This document shows, piece after piece, positions 1 through 12,680 of a stretch of 64,000 nt of DNA. Where the stretch lies: assembly GCA_965112155.1 (NCBI GenBank), contig OZ218098.1; one strand, written 5' to 3'. The translations under genes and the position numbers were made by a program. A model generated the notes under the pieces. It worked only from the letters and a program-made list of their open reading frames with translations, did not search any database and was not told the DNA's origin. Source of the stretch: Podarcis liolepis. Taxonomy: Eukaryota. The first letter of the stretch is position 1. Each line of letters opens with the position of its first letter.

Positions 1-324
1 CTGCACCTAGTATGATAACATTCCCATTGCCACTTGGCAAAATGATACAAATGACCAGACTATCTCAAGATGAGAGAGCTTGCCACAGGAATAGTTAGGC
101 TGTTTGTATATGGAATCATTGTCATTGGTGGCAGGAGAAACTTGGATACAGATTCCAGATTTGGTCTGTTTCAAGCTCCTAGACTGTGGTGGATGGTACA
201 GTTATCATGTGCCAATGTAACCAAGTATTCCTCTTGCCTTCAACCTGTTAGAACACACATTCTCTTTATAGATGCTTTTTAAGATGTATATTTGAAAAAA
301 AATAGTAGCTTGACTTGCCTCACT

Positions 325-470
325 GCCCCTCAGAAACCTTTACAACTTTAGTCTAAACAGTCCTGGTCCCTTCAACCATTCCCTCATAGAACTGGTATTC
401 CAAAAACCTAGCCTTCTTTGTTTCTCTCCTCTGAACCCTAGCCAGTTTGACAGTATTAAAAATAAAGTGC
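325..470 (-). mobile_element. Old CR1 LINE fragment (ORF2 3' part)
   Basis: Degenerate match to CR1 ORF2 C-terminal motifs (minus-strand translation ...LKGPGLFRL...). Confidence 0.45.
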
Positions 471-1287
471 AATTAAGTAGCTTAATCCTTTGAAGGCTAT
501 ATCCTTTCACCCGTACATCACTGCTTTGATTCACTCAGTGGCCAGTTGTGTCTGATGGCTATTTTAAGTGGTGATGGGCATTTCCAAAGCTATTAGATGC
601 TACCTGTTCCTATACTCAGCAATGGAAAGTTTAGTTGTGCTCCTTTCCCTCCCCTAAATTAAATCCAAACAGTGAAAAACTTCTCTAATCTCAAGGGGAG
701 TAGGAGTTGACTCTGAGACTTTTATAAGACCCTTTCTAGCCTAAAAGTGGAGTGGGTCTTTCTTTCTAACCTAACCTTTATCCTAAGGCAGGGTATCCTG
801 TATCCCCAGCAGATGCTTGCCCAAATGTTTCTCACAATTTTCTCGGTAATATCCACTCCACAAGAACACACTCCTTGTTTAAACAATTGTAGTAATGGCA
901 AGCTGGATAGGAAGATAGTGAACATGTCCCAACCTGGGGCCCTGAATGGCTGCTTTTGCTTCAAAATAAGAGGGGCCAGCTTAAGCCCATTTTATAAAAA
1001 GTTGTGAGTAATGTGAGGGGTAGTTTGATCCTTAGAGGCTGGGCTCTGTGTGTTTCATCTGCTTTGCCACATTACAGCTTCAAATTTTTCACAGATCACA
1101 TTTGTGCTAGAAATCCAGCGAATGACAACTGAAGAGTGATCAGTGCAGACTGACATTGCTTAGAAGTCTCTAACTGCTGGTTCTATAAGGGAGCAGCTAG
1201 ATGTGATATCAAACAAATGCTTGCCACTGAAAACAGTGCCCCTCTTTCACCAAAATGTTTACATATAGTTTGATGTCATCATACTCG

Positions 1288-1399
1288 GTTATATCAGCTG
1301 CTAGTTCTACTCAAAGTAGACCCACTGAAATTAATGCACATGACTAGGGACTATTAATGCAGTGGTCTACTTTGAGTAAAACTTAGTTGGATACAAACC
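1288..1399. mobile_element. Short palindromic MITE-like repeat
   Basis: Perfect 15-bp inverted repeat TACTCAAAGTAGACC (1308-1322) / GGTCTACTTTGAGTA (1364-1378) with imperfect outer arms. Confidence 0.55.
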
Positions 1400-2761
1400 A
1401 CTGTGCATTCCCCTGCTCTTTCCCATTAGCAGCTGATGATATAGAGCATGGATGAGGGTAAACACAACGCAATGAAGCCACCCCACATATTTCAGTAATC
1501 TGAGCACAGGATTGGGGGCTTTTTGGCAATGAACCTGTACTTGGCATTGTAACATTTAGGCCTAAGTGGATTTTAACCTTGGCCGCTGGCTGTGGGAAGA
1601 GAAATGCAAAGTGATCTGTAGAAAGATCCAGCAGTAATGTGAAATTGGAGCAAGACATTTCCCCACTTAGAGTGCCTTGAAATGTAGAGCCTTCTGGTGC
1701 TTGTGCTATCCCTTCAGCTTCAGAAGTGTACGGTTTCTTGCCCAGCACAGATTAACAATTCATCCTCACCTCTGTGCAATTTCTCACCTCCTAAAATAGA
1801 TGGTTCAGGTCCACTATTGACACGTGTAATAGGGGAGTCTGCCACAGACGTGACAAGTGCACACTTTGGATCCCTCTGTTGACATGTGGAGTTGCATGTA
1901 CTACAGAGTCACAGGGACTGAAAAAAGAGAGGCACCCACTGACAGAGAGTTAATGACTTCAATAGTACTGTGCAGTAGTGAATGTACATTTTTAAGAAGA
2001 AAATAATAGAAGTGGTTTTTAGAATAATTCCATCCTATGATGGCTTATGTTTACATGCAAAGATGTGCAGATAAGTATATGCTATATTGGGGTAGTCAAG
2101 GTGTTGAGGCTTAGAGATCTTGCAAGCATGTTGGTTGTGATTTTGGCCATGAGCCATGTTATAATGATGAATGAGGTGCCTCTGTCCCCAGCCAATGCTG
2201 ATAAGCTACCTCTCAGATAATTGTGAGCGACCCCTTTAAAAGACTTTGTTTATGTTTCTGTCAACAGCAATTCCTCTCACCCATTCAACAGCTGAGGCAC
2301 TTGGCAGCCCAGCTCTGCAGATCCATCCTTAATCCAAGAACACGTCCCCTCATTTCCTTCATGTCTCCCCTTGCAAGGGTAAAGTGACTGTTACTGAATG
2401 GAGGCTGGCCCTGTTTCAGATCAGATTCTCCGGGGCAAGGAGTTTCTTGTTCCTTCTGCAGTTTTACTTTTGCCTTAATCAAATCTTAGAAGGACATTTG
2501 CCTTCAAGTATACAAGTCAAAGGTTCAGGAACGAATTCAACATGTGCTATGGTTATTGCTGCTGTGATGGGCAAATTCCTGGTACTGTAGCTACAATGGA
2601 GAGGATAGTTGGTGGGAACTGCTAGGACTAGTTGTGTGAAATGGGCCTGAGAGCCTTTTCTTATACATTTAATGTACGTTGATTTCTTTAACATTTGTCC
2701 AGTAAGTGCACATTACTGCTTGGATCCATTTACATACAGGGGATATGTTCTTCTTTCTCAG

Positions 2762-2893
2762 CCATTGCACTGCTGAAAGACAAGGAACCTGGGGCTTTTA
2801 TCATTCGAGACAGCCACTCCTTCCGAGGAGCCTATGGATTGGCCATGAAAGTTGCTTCTCCGCCTCCTGGTATTTTGCAACAGAGCAAGAAAG
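2762..2893 (+). CDS. TNS1: Tensin 1 coding exon (SH2 domain: [44 protein letters not shown])
   Basis: tttctcag acceptor and AAG|gtatac donor; translation matches the tensin SH2 motif [19 protein letters not shown]; phase 1-1, 132 nt. Confidence 0.95.
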
Positions 2894-3594
2894 GTATACC
2901 CTTCTTTCACTTTTAGTAATCCCTCCCCTCTTCCCCTTAGCCCCAATGGAACACATAAAATGCAGATCACTCTCAGCCCTGACAGTATCTGTTCATCTGA
3001 AAATGGGATATATTTGGGCCATTATACCCCTGCCAAGGGAATGCCTGGATGCCAAATTCTGTGCCAGGTATGATATTTCATACTTTCAGTGTTTGTGGCT
3101 TATGCTAATAGCAAGCCCATGTTTTCAGAGTAGGCTCCAAATGTTTTGTCTTGTGAGGAAACAGAGATTGAGATTTTGTATCCTATCAAGAGCTTTTCTA
3201 AATAGGAACTGAGCTGCAGCATGGGAAATCAGGGCATGACTGATATGATTAGTTCATTAGAAAACACATTCTTACTCCAGATTGCACACAGCTATGCCAT
3301 CTTGTGGCGATAACAACAAAAATTCTGTGTGAAGTCAGGGCCTTGAGTTTCTTCTGCCATAAATAGTGATGCCGATAACCTGCTTTCATTGCTTCATATA
3401 TGACCATTTCTAGCATGTAGTGTGGAGTAAAAAAAGTCACTATAACTGAGAAGGTACATTGTTATAATTTCCTTTTGCTTGCCAATGAAGGGCAGCATGG
3501 TATGAGTTTATGGCCCACCATATCCTAAGTCAGAGTGTTATGACTTGAAAGATGCTTTCAGAACTTGCACTGAAATCCTGATTTGTCCCAACAG

Positions 3595-3687
3595 GAGATC
3601 TCACCAATGAGCTGGTTAGGCACTTCCTGATAGAAACCAGCCCTAAAGGTGTGAAACTAAAAGGATGCCCCAATGAACCAAATTTTG
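3595..3687 (+). CDS. TNS1: Tensin 1 coding exon (SH2: [31 protein letters not shown])
   Basis: ccaacag acceptor, G|gtaagt donor; in frame with flanking exons; CPNEPNFG is TNS1-like. Confidence 0.95.
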
Positions 3688-4263
3688 GTAAGTGCCTACT
3701 TTAAAAATGAATTAGAAATACTTTGTATAAACCTTTCCTGCCCTCTGCTTTTCATAAATAGAACTGCCTGGTCCCATCCCATTCTCTTGTGTTTTATTGA
3801 AGATAAATGTTCTGCCCAGTTCTGCCCTCTTGTGGAGGCTGTAGTGAAAAAACAACAATATTATATATATTTCGAGGACTTCTGGCACTAGGGAGAAATG
3901 GATATAACAGAAACCAAGATGCATAATGATACTTTTATTGATATATGTTTCTTAATAATAACTTATTGTGCTGTCTTGATTGATTAATTTTTTATTATAT
4001 ACAATAAGCTTTTGCAAATTATATATATATAGAGAGCGTGTCTCATAGAATCGAAAGTAATCTGAGCAACAGGTTTCAGAATTTGACCCTGGACATTCAG
4101 GTATTTAGACAGCTATGTATCCAATTCATTTGGTGCATTGTGTAGAAATCACTGAGGGTAAACATAGCATCACATTGGAATGCAGCAGCAGAAACTGAGT
4201 GCCACCAAATTGCACCATCGGGTATCTTTAACTTTTGTCATGTTTCCCTGTTCTCTTGCCCAG

Positions 4264-4341
4264 GTTGCTTGTCAGCTCTCGTGTACCAGCACTCCATCAT
4301 GCCTCTGGCCTTGCCCTGCAAGCTGGTCATTCCCGATCGAG
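4264..4341 (+). CDS. TNS1: Tensin 1 coding exon (SH2 end: [26 protein letters not shown])
   Basis: Polypyrimidine tract plus cag acceptor, G|gtaaag donor, phase 1-1, 78 nt. Confidence 0.95.
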
Positions 4342-5574
4342 GTAAAGACATGTACATAGGGTGGAAAGCACTTGTGGGCAGATGCACTCGTGGGCATCAG
4401 GAGCAGAGTACATGGAGAGAACACCACCGTTTATTCATCAGGAGTGTGTGTGTGTTCAAAAGCTCTCAAAAGAAGAGTCACTTTTTTGTATTCCTGGTTT
4501 GATACAAACGACCAAATTAGAAGTTCTAGAACCTTTCCCTGCAGACCCACCTGCCTTAAGAGTTTTAGGGTTGAAATACTGTATGTCTGAAGACAGGAGC
4601 CCTGAATCAGATGACTACAGGAGTCATAAATGCACAACTTACATGAAGGGAGCAGGAGAATGCTTATATTTAATAAATAAAAGTGTTTACTTGGGGGCAG
4701 CCATTCTTTTGCTGTAAAATCCCCCCTGAGAGCAATGGAATATCCTCAAGTTCAGATGCTCCCTGTGGGACTTGCTCCCCATATCTATTCAAAAGTTTGT
4801 AATGGCAAGAACCCACTGCACAGTAGCTGCTTGCACTGTGTGTGTGGCTGGAAGACTCTCTGGAGCTTTGGAAAAGGATTTTTTAAATGGGGAGGGGGTG
4901 GAGGCAGCACTGGAAACCTTGGTCTATCTAATAAAGGGATCTGCCATATTGCAGATGTTAAAGTGGACTCGTGATGTGATACAGATCAAATCAGGTTAGT
5001 CCACTGTGAAATCCAAGTCCCGTCCCCCCCCCCCCGCCATCCCTAGGCTTACACTGAGGGAGCAGGAGAAAAGAGAATGTTCAATTTTATAAAGGATAAG
5101 GAATCATAAGGACCTTGCATAAACATAACAAATTCTGTCGCCAACATGTTTCACTGAAAGCAATTTAGGTAGCAGTGAGATTAGCGAGCAACAGCACTGT
5201 ATTTCTCTATCTCTGTTGGTGTGCGATTGTCCCCTGGGAGTCATGCAGAGGGACAGACTCTGTAAAAGGCACTGACTGTATGTTCATTTTTCATGAATTC
5301 AAGATAATCCTTCCTGCTTTAATTTAGTTTACTTTTAATGGCTACCTCCTGCTGGTTCTGTTTACAAAAATATGAAGATGAGAGAGAATCTTTTCTCCAT
5401 ACATAAAATGTATTGCTAGAATTGTTAAAGGGAAGTCAACCTGTACCCCTTGTGACACCAGTTGTGGGTACAGCAAGGCAACACGAATGTATTAAATGGA
5501 CTTGAGCATGTGGTCTTAGAAAGAGCTCTTGCCGATGGCCAAAAACTTCCTTTCCTTTTTTCTTTTTTTTAAAG

Positions 5575-5646
5575 ATCCCATGGATGAAACAAAAGAGACA
5601 ACCACATCAAGCAACTCAGCAACAGACTTGCTCAAACAGGGAGCAG
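5575..5646 (+). CDS. TNS1: Tensin 1 coding exon (SH2-PTB linker: DPMDETKETTTSSNSATDLLKQGA)
   Basis: T-rich tract plus aag acceptor, CAG|gtgagt donor, phase 1-1, 72 nt. Confidence 0.93.
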
Positions 5647-6899
5647 GTGAGTAGCTCGGATAGAAAGGGGAAACATTTCAACCAGTTTGGAACCCTTTTA
5701 CTGAAATGAAACCTCCCCAACCTTGTCTGGGAATAAAGCCCCATTGAATACAGTTTCTGGAATTTACTGAGCAGCACTGCATGAAAATATTTAAAAATAT
5801 TCTTTCTACTTAACTTGGTAGTACTCAGAGCAAGCTCCATATGCACATACATGGCCCTTTTGTTCCTTCATCATACATTTTAAGCCCTGCAGCTCCTTGT
5901 ACCTGGAGCAGCGCAAAATCAGCCTTCTCTTCCAAGAGAGGTTTCAATGGAACTTTTACATAAGTACGTAATTGGGCTTTAAATAGCAGAGACCTTCTGC
6001 ATTTTGCTAGTTAGAGTTTCAAGTTAAAACTGATAATGTTTTTGCCTGAGCATTACAGGTACACTGTGAGCATTCATAATTGCATAATGTTTTAAGGTCT
6101 TGTGCTTTTGTAATTTCACTGTAATTTCAAAATATTTAATTTAAATTTTTTAAATTTGCTTTTGAAATTTTGGTTTAAAACAGTTTTGCTGGGTTTTTCT
6201 TACCAGCTTTAACTATCAGGCAAGTTCTTCGTACACTATCACAGAGATACTAGCAAGCATCTATGACTGGCTGTCAGTTGCCTGGGCAAAACTAAACTCA
6301 GCTTTCTATAATTTTTCTGTTTTTGTTGTTGTTGTTATCTTATGAAAACAAAGCAATTGTCCCTAGTGTTATTAGAAGATTGTGTTAGCACACACAGTGT
6401 TGATATTATCAGCTCATTTTGACCAGTAGAAGCCTTGCGTGGAAATTAGCCACCAGGAGAAAAGCTCTGACTAGCTTATTTCTTTCCAAAATTACAGTGG
6501 TCCCAGCAAGATAAGGAACTGGAATAAAGATTGTGGGCAATGGAAGGGTTTATGGTAGGCTTGACTAAGCTATGGGTCCCCAGATCTTGTCAAAGCCACA
6601 GCCAGCAATTTGCCAGTCATCAGCGAAGGTTGTAGTTGAGCAATTGGTCCACGGCATTTGAAAGTGGCCAATGGGGGGATTGCTGGAGTGTGCAGATAAA
6701 GTTGATTTGGTGCAACCCTGCACACAGCTAGGCTGCTTAAACTGGTCTATGTGCAACTTTGCCGCTTCTGAGATAAACAGCACTTGGATATTGCATAAAT
6801 TGGGGGAATTATACTGCATATTGATGTAGCTTAATCCCTTCTCAACTTTTGATTGTGGTTTCTGCCATTGGGAGCAACAGACTCTAGGCTCTCCGATTA

Positions 6900-7260
6900 A
6901 GGTAAAGGTAAAGGTACCCCTGCCCGTATGGGCCAGTCTTGCCAGACTCTAGGGTTGTGCGCTCATCTCACTCTATAGGCCGGGAGCCAGCGCTGTCCGC
7001 AGACACTTCCGGGTCACGTGGCCAGCGTGACAAGCTGCATCTGGCAAGCCAGCGCAGCACACGGAACACCGTTTACCTTCCCGCTGGTAAGCGGTCCCTA
7101 TTTATCTACTTGCACCCGGGGGTGCTTTCGAACTGCTAAGTTGGCAGGCGCTGGGACCGAACGACGGGAGCGCACCCCGCCACAGGGATTCGAACCGCTG
7201 ACCATGCAATCGGCAATTCCTAGGCGCTGAGGTTTTACCCACAGCGCCACCCGCGTCTCT
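6900..7260 (-). mobile_element. Sauria SINE, full length, in TNS1 intron
   Basis: Minus strand has tRNA-like A box (GTGGCGCTGTGGG), B box (GGTTCGAATCCC) and (ACCTTT)n tail; 13-bp TSD GGCTCTCCGATTA at 6887-6899 and 7261-7273. Confidence 0.93.
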
Positions 7261-7511
7261 GGCTCTCCGATTACTGAAATGGTAAACTTGTTTGACTTTT
7301 TGCAAAAAGTCAGTCAGATGCAGATCCACATTCCCTAGCATAGTCCACAGTCATTGGGGAAAGCTCTTATAAGCAGGCAGCAAATAGACTGCAAATATAA
7401 GTTATCCTCATTATAGTCTAGGCAGCAGAAGGATTGAGCTTGCTTTAGCCTTTGTGTATCCTGCATTGTGCCATCCCACTGATGTGTGTGCCACTGTTTT
7501 CCCCCCTCCAG

Positions 7512-7680
7512 CCTGCAATGTGCTTTTTATCAACTCGGTGGAGATGGAATCATTAACAGGGCCACAGGCCATTGCCAAAGCTATCACTGAGACGCTGGCC
7601 GCTGACACCCCACCATCTGCTACTATTGTCCACTTCAAAGTCTCAACGCAAGGAATCACCTTAACAGACAACCAGAGGAA
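7512..7680 (+). CDS. TNS1: Tensin 1 coding exon (PTB: [57 protein letters not shown])
   Basis: ccctccag acceptor, AA|gtaaga donor; tensin PTB signature ESLTGPQAI...[17 protein letters not shown]. Confidence 0.97.
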
Positions 7681-8091
7681 GTAAGAGCCAAATATGGTCT
7701 GGGACTCAGGGTGATCTGTGGGCTTCGAAATGAAGACTGTCTTTTCACACCCATTATCTGGTTACGTTAGTGCGAAGTTCCCCAAGTTACTCTTTGCTTC
7801 ACAAATAAGGCCCTCAGCAGTGGCACTGGTATAATAACCCATTTGAAACTTCTGTTTGGTCATAATTGACTAGTAGGCATCAAGTAAAGCTCAGGATATT
7901 TTGCATTTAATACATCCCTGCTGGCCAGCGTTCCATTAGCCTTGTAAACGACTGATGCAGAGCTCATGTAATAGGATGGTACTGATTACCTTGGGGTTGT
8001 TTGGCCATTTGTATGGATGGGCCCAGCAGCATTCATCCACTATCATTTCTTTTAACTATGTCACTTACTCATGTTCATATTTCTGTTTCAG

Positions 8092-8160
8092 GCTGTTCTT
8101 CAGACGACATTACCCCATCATCAGTGTCACCTTCTGTGATGTGGACCCACAGGAGAGAAA
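8092..8160 (+). CDS. TNS1: Tensin 1 coding exon (PTB: [23 protein letters not shown])
   Basis: tgtttcag acceptor, AA|gtaagt donor, phase 2-2, 69 nt. Confidence 0.96.
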
Positions 8161-8770
8161 GTAAGTGGCAGGGCTTTCGTTTTATTGTGATTAAAGAGAC
8201 TCAAATCAAAAAAGTACTCATAGGCAGATATATCATAGCAAAGATGGGGTGCGGAAAATGACTTTCTGTTTTCTATCCCACGTTATTTATTTATTTAAAG
8301 ACTTTTACTGTTACTTTCCAGTGTAAGCTTGCAAGGTACCTAATAAGAAGCAGCTAAAACTCAACATTTGAGCAGTATTTTTTTATAAAAAACAACAACA
8401 GTGAAAAGAGCAATAAACCAGAGAAGGCAAGAGTAAAATACACCATCCATTAAAGTTCAAGAGCCTGGCTCTGAAAATCTAACAGGATAGGCACCAGCTG
8501 AGTATCACTAAAGAAAGAAAAAAAAGCCCTGTCACCCCTGCATGTAACTGTACCTTGAACAGTGCCTGGTTTGCATATCTTAAGGAACAGGTAGTTTCAC
8601 AGGACAGGATCATATCCATAAAGGAACTCCTAATTTATATCAGACTAAGAACCTTTTTAAGGAGCACTAACCCATTGCTGAACAAAGCGAAATATAGGAG
8701 ATGGCAGAACCCTTCATTCCCTTGCTTTACTTCTCAGAAAATCCAAAGTTCTTGCAGACTCCATTTTCCC

Positions 8771-8894
8771 CATAGAAGTCTATAATTGTAGAGTTGGAAG
8801 GGACCACGAGGGTCATCCAGTCCAACCCCCTGCAATAAGGAATCTTTTAAACCCATGACCCTGAGAGTAAGAGTCTCATGCTCTACTCACTGAG
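8771..8894 (-). mobile_element. tRNA-Lys(CUU)-derived SINE with CR1-like 3' tail (partial)
   Basis: Minus strand reads CTCAGTGAGTAGAGCATGAGACTCTTACTCTCAGGGTCATGGGTT (tRNA-Lys-like), then a tail similar to the CR1 3' end at 11140-11190. Confidence 0.75.
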
Positions 8895-9108
8895 AGCAGA
8901 AATCTATGTAATTAAACTTCTGTTCTTCTGTGACACTGCAGCAAGGTGGGCTTCCTTAATTTCCAAAACACAGGTAATTGTCAATAGTAGGTGAGATTTC
9001 CAGGTGCCTCACACACTTGATTATCCTTTATAAGGAACTACGTGAGGAGCAAAGGTGACAAACTGAACTTCGGTGAACCATTTGCTTTAGACAGTAGGGA
9101 AGCATCAT

Positions 9109-9290
9109 GGGAACACAGAAAGCTGCCTTATACCAAGTCCAAATATTGGTCCAACTAGGTCAGGATTGTCTATGCTGACTGGCAACTGCAGGGCTTCAGA
9201 CAGGGGGCATTCCCATCCCTACCTGGGATGCCAGGGATTGGACTTGGGATCTTTTGCATGTGAAGCAGATGCTGTACCATTTAGCTATAT
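9109..9290 (-). mobile_element. Squamate tRNA-derived SINE (Squam3-like)
   Basis: Minus-strand head TAGCTAAATGGTACAGCATCTGC...CAAGTCCAATCCCTGGCATC and tail TATAAGGCAGCTTTC; second copy at 54557-54720. Confidence 0.7.
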
Positions 9291-9800
9291 CATATCCCTG
9301 CTAGTTTCAGGGGCTTTGATTGGCATAAATATTTTGACATGAGATTCCAGAAGACTGACTAGAAGGGCCTGCAAAAATCACACTGTAGCCCATTGTTGTT
9401 TATGAAAGCTGTTCAGTAGTGGAGGCACTGGAGCAGCATATTGGGCTTGTATTTCAGAGACATTTTCCCAACAGCTCATAATTTCAGCACTTTTGAAGAT
9501 CTTAATATATTCTGGCAACAGACCGTTTCTCAGAAGAAGGGGATAAGGAAGAGGGGTTTCTCATAATAGTAGGAGGTAGATGGGGCCCACGCCCCTTTCT
9601 TGGCTGTACTTATTTGTTACTTTAAACAGGGAAGAAAGGGGTCAAGTGATTAGCCACCAATTCAGTCAAAGCGTTACTTTACCAGTCTTCCCTACCCCCA
9701 TACCCCACTTTAATTACTCCACTGTACAAGTTGGACCTTAGTATTATTGTGGATTCCTGCCCTGGTGAAAATTAACCAAAGGCTGTTCTTATCTCCTCAG

Positions 9801-9833
9801 GTGGACTAAGTCAGACAGTGGTGGTGCTGCAAA
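9801..9833 (+). CDS. TNS1: Tensin 1 33-nt micro-exon (WTKSDSGGAAK)
   Basis: ctcctcag acceptor, AA|gtaagt donor, phase 2-2; corresponds to the TNS1 W.K.EGG..AK segment. Confidence 0.9.
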
Positions 9834-11135
9834 GTAAGTCTTGTTTTTCAACTTCAGGTTCAGTGTTAGACCATTACAAAGGACAGAGGCCCTTCTGATA
9901 GTGGCTAGATTCTCCAAAGCTTACAGACATGTATGAATGGTTCTTTGGCCTAATTTATCTTGGATCAAAGTGGTTCACATAACTGAGAGGAGTGATCAGA
10001 TGGAGAGTTGGTCTGAACTTCCATATTGGTCCTAACTTTGAGGTCCAAAAGGCTTTAAAGCAGAAACCATCAGACCAAGAGAGATGTAATAGGCCAAATC
10101 TGTTTCCAGAAAATGTTTTTATTTTAGGCAAAGGGGCCAGCTTGGCTTTTATGTTATGCAAGTGTTGAGTTTCCCCATCGTTCCCATGAAGTGTCATGAC
10201 TCCAGTTTCCACATGTCATTATAGACATGCCCGCTACATTTCTGAATAAACAGCAAAGCCCATTCTTAGCCACGAAAACAGCACAGATAATACACACCAG
10301 CCCACATGGCCCTTGATTCCCAAAGGAGGGGTGTGCCACTGCCATACCAAGTCATCTTTGACTTCTCCAGACAACCATCAGGGAACGTAGCACAAGGTGC
10401 TTAAAGTCCTTGAGGAAATCTTGAGAGAAACCATCCTGGTTGAATTCTTTGTTGCGCAAGAAGTCTTGAAGTTCCGTGGATTTTTTCAAGTGTTTACCTA
10501 AGGAAATGAAATAAAAACATGTCAACTTCCACTTCATTTACACTGGGAAATGTTACTTTAAAAATAAAACAGAGAACGTGTTTAAATAATAAGTATTTGA
10601 GAATGTCTGGTTGTGCCCCCCCCAAAAAAAACCCCAGACCTGGTTGAAAAGTTATATGCAGCAGCAGGCTGCACACATCTGCACATGTCTATTTTCCACT
10701 CAGTTGGTGCATCCATCTGTTTCAGGGAGTGGGGAGTGACCCTTGATTCAGACAGATTTACTTTCAATCTGTTATCAGTGCTGTCAAAACCATGCTTAAG
10801 CATTGCATGAATGGCTCTGTCAACTGGTACCACAGAAACAACCCTGGCTTCAGTTCCTCAGTTTAATGTTCCTCAGCATATTGCAGCATATGGCACCACA
10901 AGCAGTGATGGCAGTCTATCCTACCAATGGCCAACTCACTTAGGGACTGTTGCCTGTGTCTAGCTTATCTAAACTCACACTGGAGAGTTCAGTACTTCAT
11001 GTTGAGGTCACATTTCACATGATCCCAAAGGGGGTGGAGGGCAGGAGACAGAACAAGAGTCTGAAAAAGACTCTTGCCATCCCAAACTCAAATGCAAAAA
11101 CTTCTTTTTTTCTAACCTCCCAAGTTTTGCCATTT

Positions 11136-12680
11136 TAGAATCATAGAGTTGGAATAGACCACAAGGGCCATCGAGTCCAACCCCCTGCCAAGCAGGAAAC
11201 ACCATCAGAGCACTCCTGACATATGGTTGTCAAGCCTCTGCTTAAAGACCTCCAAAGAAGGAGACTCCACCACACTCCTTGGCAGCAAATTCCACTGTCG
11301 AACAGCTATTACTGTCAGGAAGTTCTTCCTAATGTTTAGGTGGAATCTTCTTTCTTGTTGTTTGGATCCATTGCTCCGTGTCCGCTTCTCTGGAGCAGAA
11401 GAAAACAACCTTTCTCCCTCCTCTATGTGACATCCTTTTATATATTTGAACATGGCTATCATTTCATCCCTTAACCTCCTCTTCTCCAGGCTAAACATGC
11501 CCAGCTCCCTTAGCCGTTCCTCATAAGGCATCGTTTCCAGGCCTTTGACCATTTTGGTTGCCCTCCTCTGGACACGTTCCAGTTTGTCAGTGTCCTTCTT
11601 GAATTGTGGTGCCCAGAACTGGACACAGTACTCCAGGTGAGGTCTGACCAGAGCAGAATACAGTGGCACTATTACTTCCCTTGATCTAGATGCTATACTC
11701 CTATTGATGCAGCCCAGAATTGCATTGGCTTTTTTAGCTGCTGCGTCACACTGTTGGCTCATGTCAAGTTTGTGGTCAACCAAGACTCCTAGATCCTTTT
11801 CACATGTACTGCTCTCAAGCCAGGTGTCACCCATCTTGTATTTGTGCCTCTCATTTTTTTTGCCCAAGTGCAATACTTTGCATTTCTCCCTGTTAAAGTT
11901 CATCTTGTTTGTTTTGGCCCAGTTCTCTAATCTGTCAAGGTCATTTTGAAGTGTGATCCTGTCCTCTGGGATGTTAGCCACCCCTCCCAGTTTGGTGTCA
12001 TCTGCAAATTTGATCAGGATGCCCTTGAGTCCATCATCCAAGTCTTTGATAAAGATGTTGAATAAGACCGGGCCCAAGACAGAACCCTGTGGCACCCCAC
12101 TAGTCACTCTTCTCCAGGATGAAGAGGAACCATTGATGAGCACCCTTTGGGTTCGGTCAGTCAGCCAGTTACAAATCCACTGAGTGGTAGCATAGTCAAG
12201 ACCGCATTTTACCAGCTTCTTTACAAGGATATCATGGGGCACCTTGTCGAATGCCTTGCTGAAATCAAGGTAGGCTACATCCTCTGCGTTCCCTTCATCT
12301 ACCAGACTTGTAATTCTGTCAAAAAACGAGATCAGGTTAGTCTGACATGACTTATTTTTCAGAAATCCATGCTGACTATTGGTGATCACAGCATTCCTTT
12401 CTAGGTGCTCACAGACTGTTTGCTTAATGATCTGCTCCAGAATCTTCCCTGGTATTGATGTCAGACTGACTGGGCGATAATTATTTGGGTCCTCTCTTTC
12501 CCCCTTTTTGAAAATAGGGACAACATTTGCCCTCCTCCAGTCTGCCGGGACTTCACCTGTTCTCCAGGAATTCTCAAAGATGACTGCCAGTGGTTCTGAG
12601 ATCACATCTGCCAGTTCTTTTAATACTCTTGGATGCAGTTCATCTGGCCCTGGAGACTTGAATACATCTAAACTAGCCAT
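11136..12680 (-). mobile_element. CR1 LINE, 5'-truncated, young, antisense in the last TNS1 intron
   Basis: Uninterrupted ORF2 RT region, CR1 3' UTR and (ATTCTA/TGATTCTA)-type tail at about 11136. Confidence 0.96.
11205..12680 (-). CDS. CR1 ORF2 fragment: reverse transcriptase domain, no endonuclease (491 aa)
   Basis: RT motifs [35 protein letters not shown]; no stops or frameshifts. Confidence 0.85.
   Translation of the reverse strand: MASLDVFKSPGPDELHPRVLKELADVISEPLAVIFENSWRTGEVPADWRRANVVPIFKKGEREDPNNYRPVSLTSIPGKILEQIIKQTVCEHLERNAVITNSQHGFLKNKSCQTNLISFFDRITSLVDEGNAEDVAYLDFSKAFDKVPHDILVKKLVKCGLDYATTQWICNWLTDRTQRVLINGSSSSWRRVTSGVPQGSVLGPVLFNIFIKDLDDGLKGILIKFADDTKLGGVANIPEDRITLQNDLDRLENWAKTNKMNFNREKCKVLHLGKKNERHKYKMGDTWLESSTCEKDLGVLVDHKLDMSQQCDAAAKKANAILGCINRSIASRSREVIVPLYSALVRPHLEYCVQFWAPQFKKDTDKLERVQRRATKMVKGLETMPYEERLRELGMFSLEKRRLRDEMIAMFKYIKGCHIEEGERLFSSAPEKRTRSNGSKQQERRFHLNIRKNFLTVIAVRQWNLLPRSVVESPSLEVFKQRLDNHMSGVL

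Noticed and set aside
7688-7697. CArG boxes CCAAATATGG (7688) and CCTAAATTGG (55006)
   Set aside because: A few such 10-mers are expected by chance in 64 kb of AT-rich DNA; no other support
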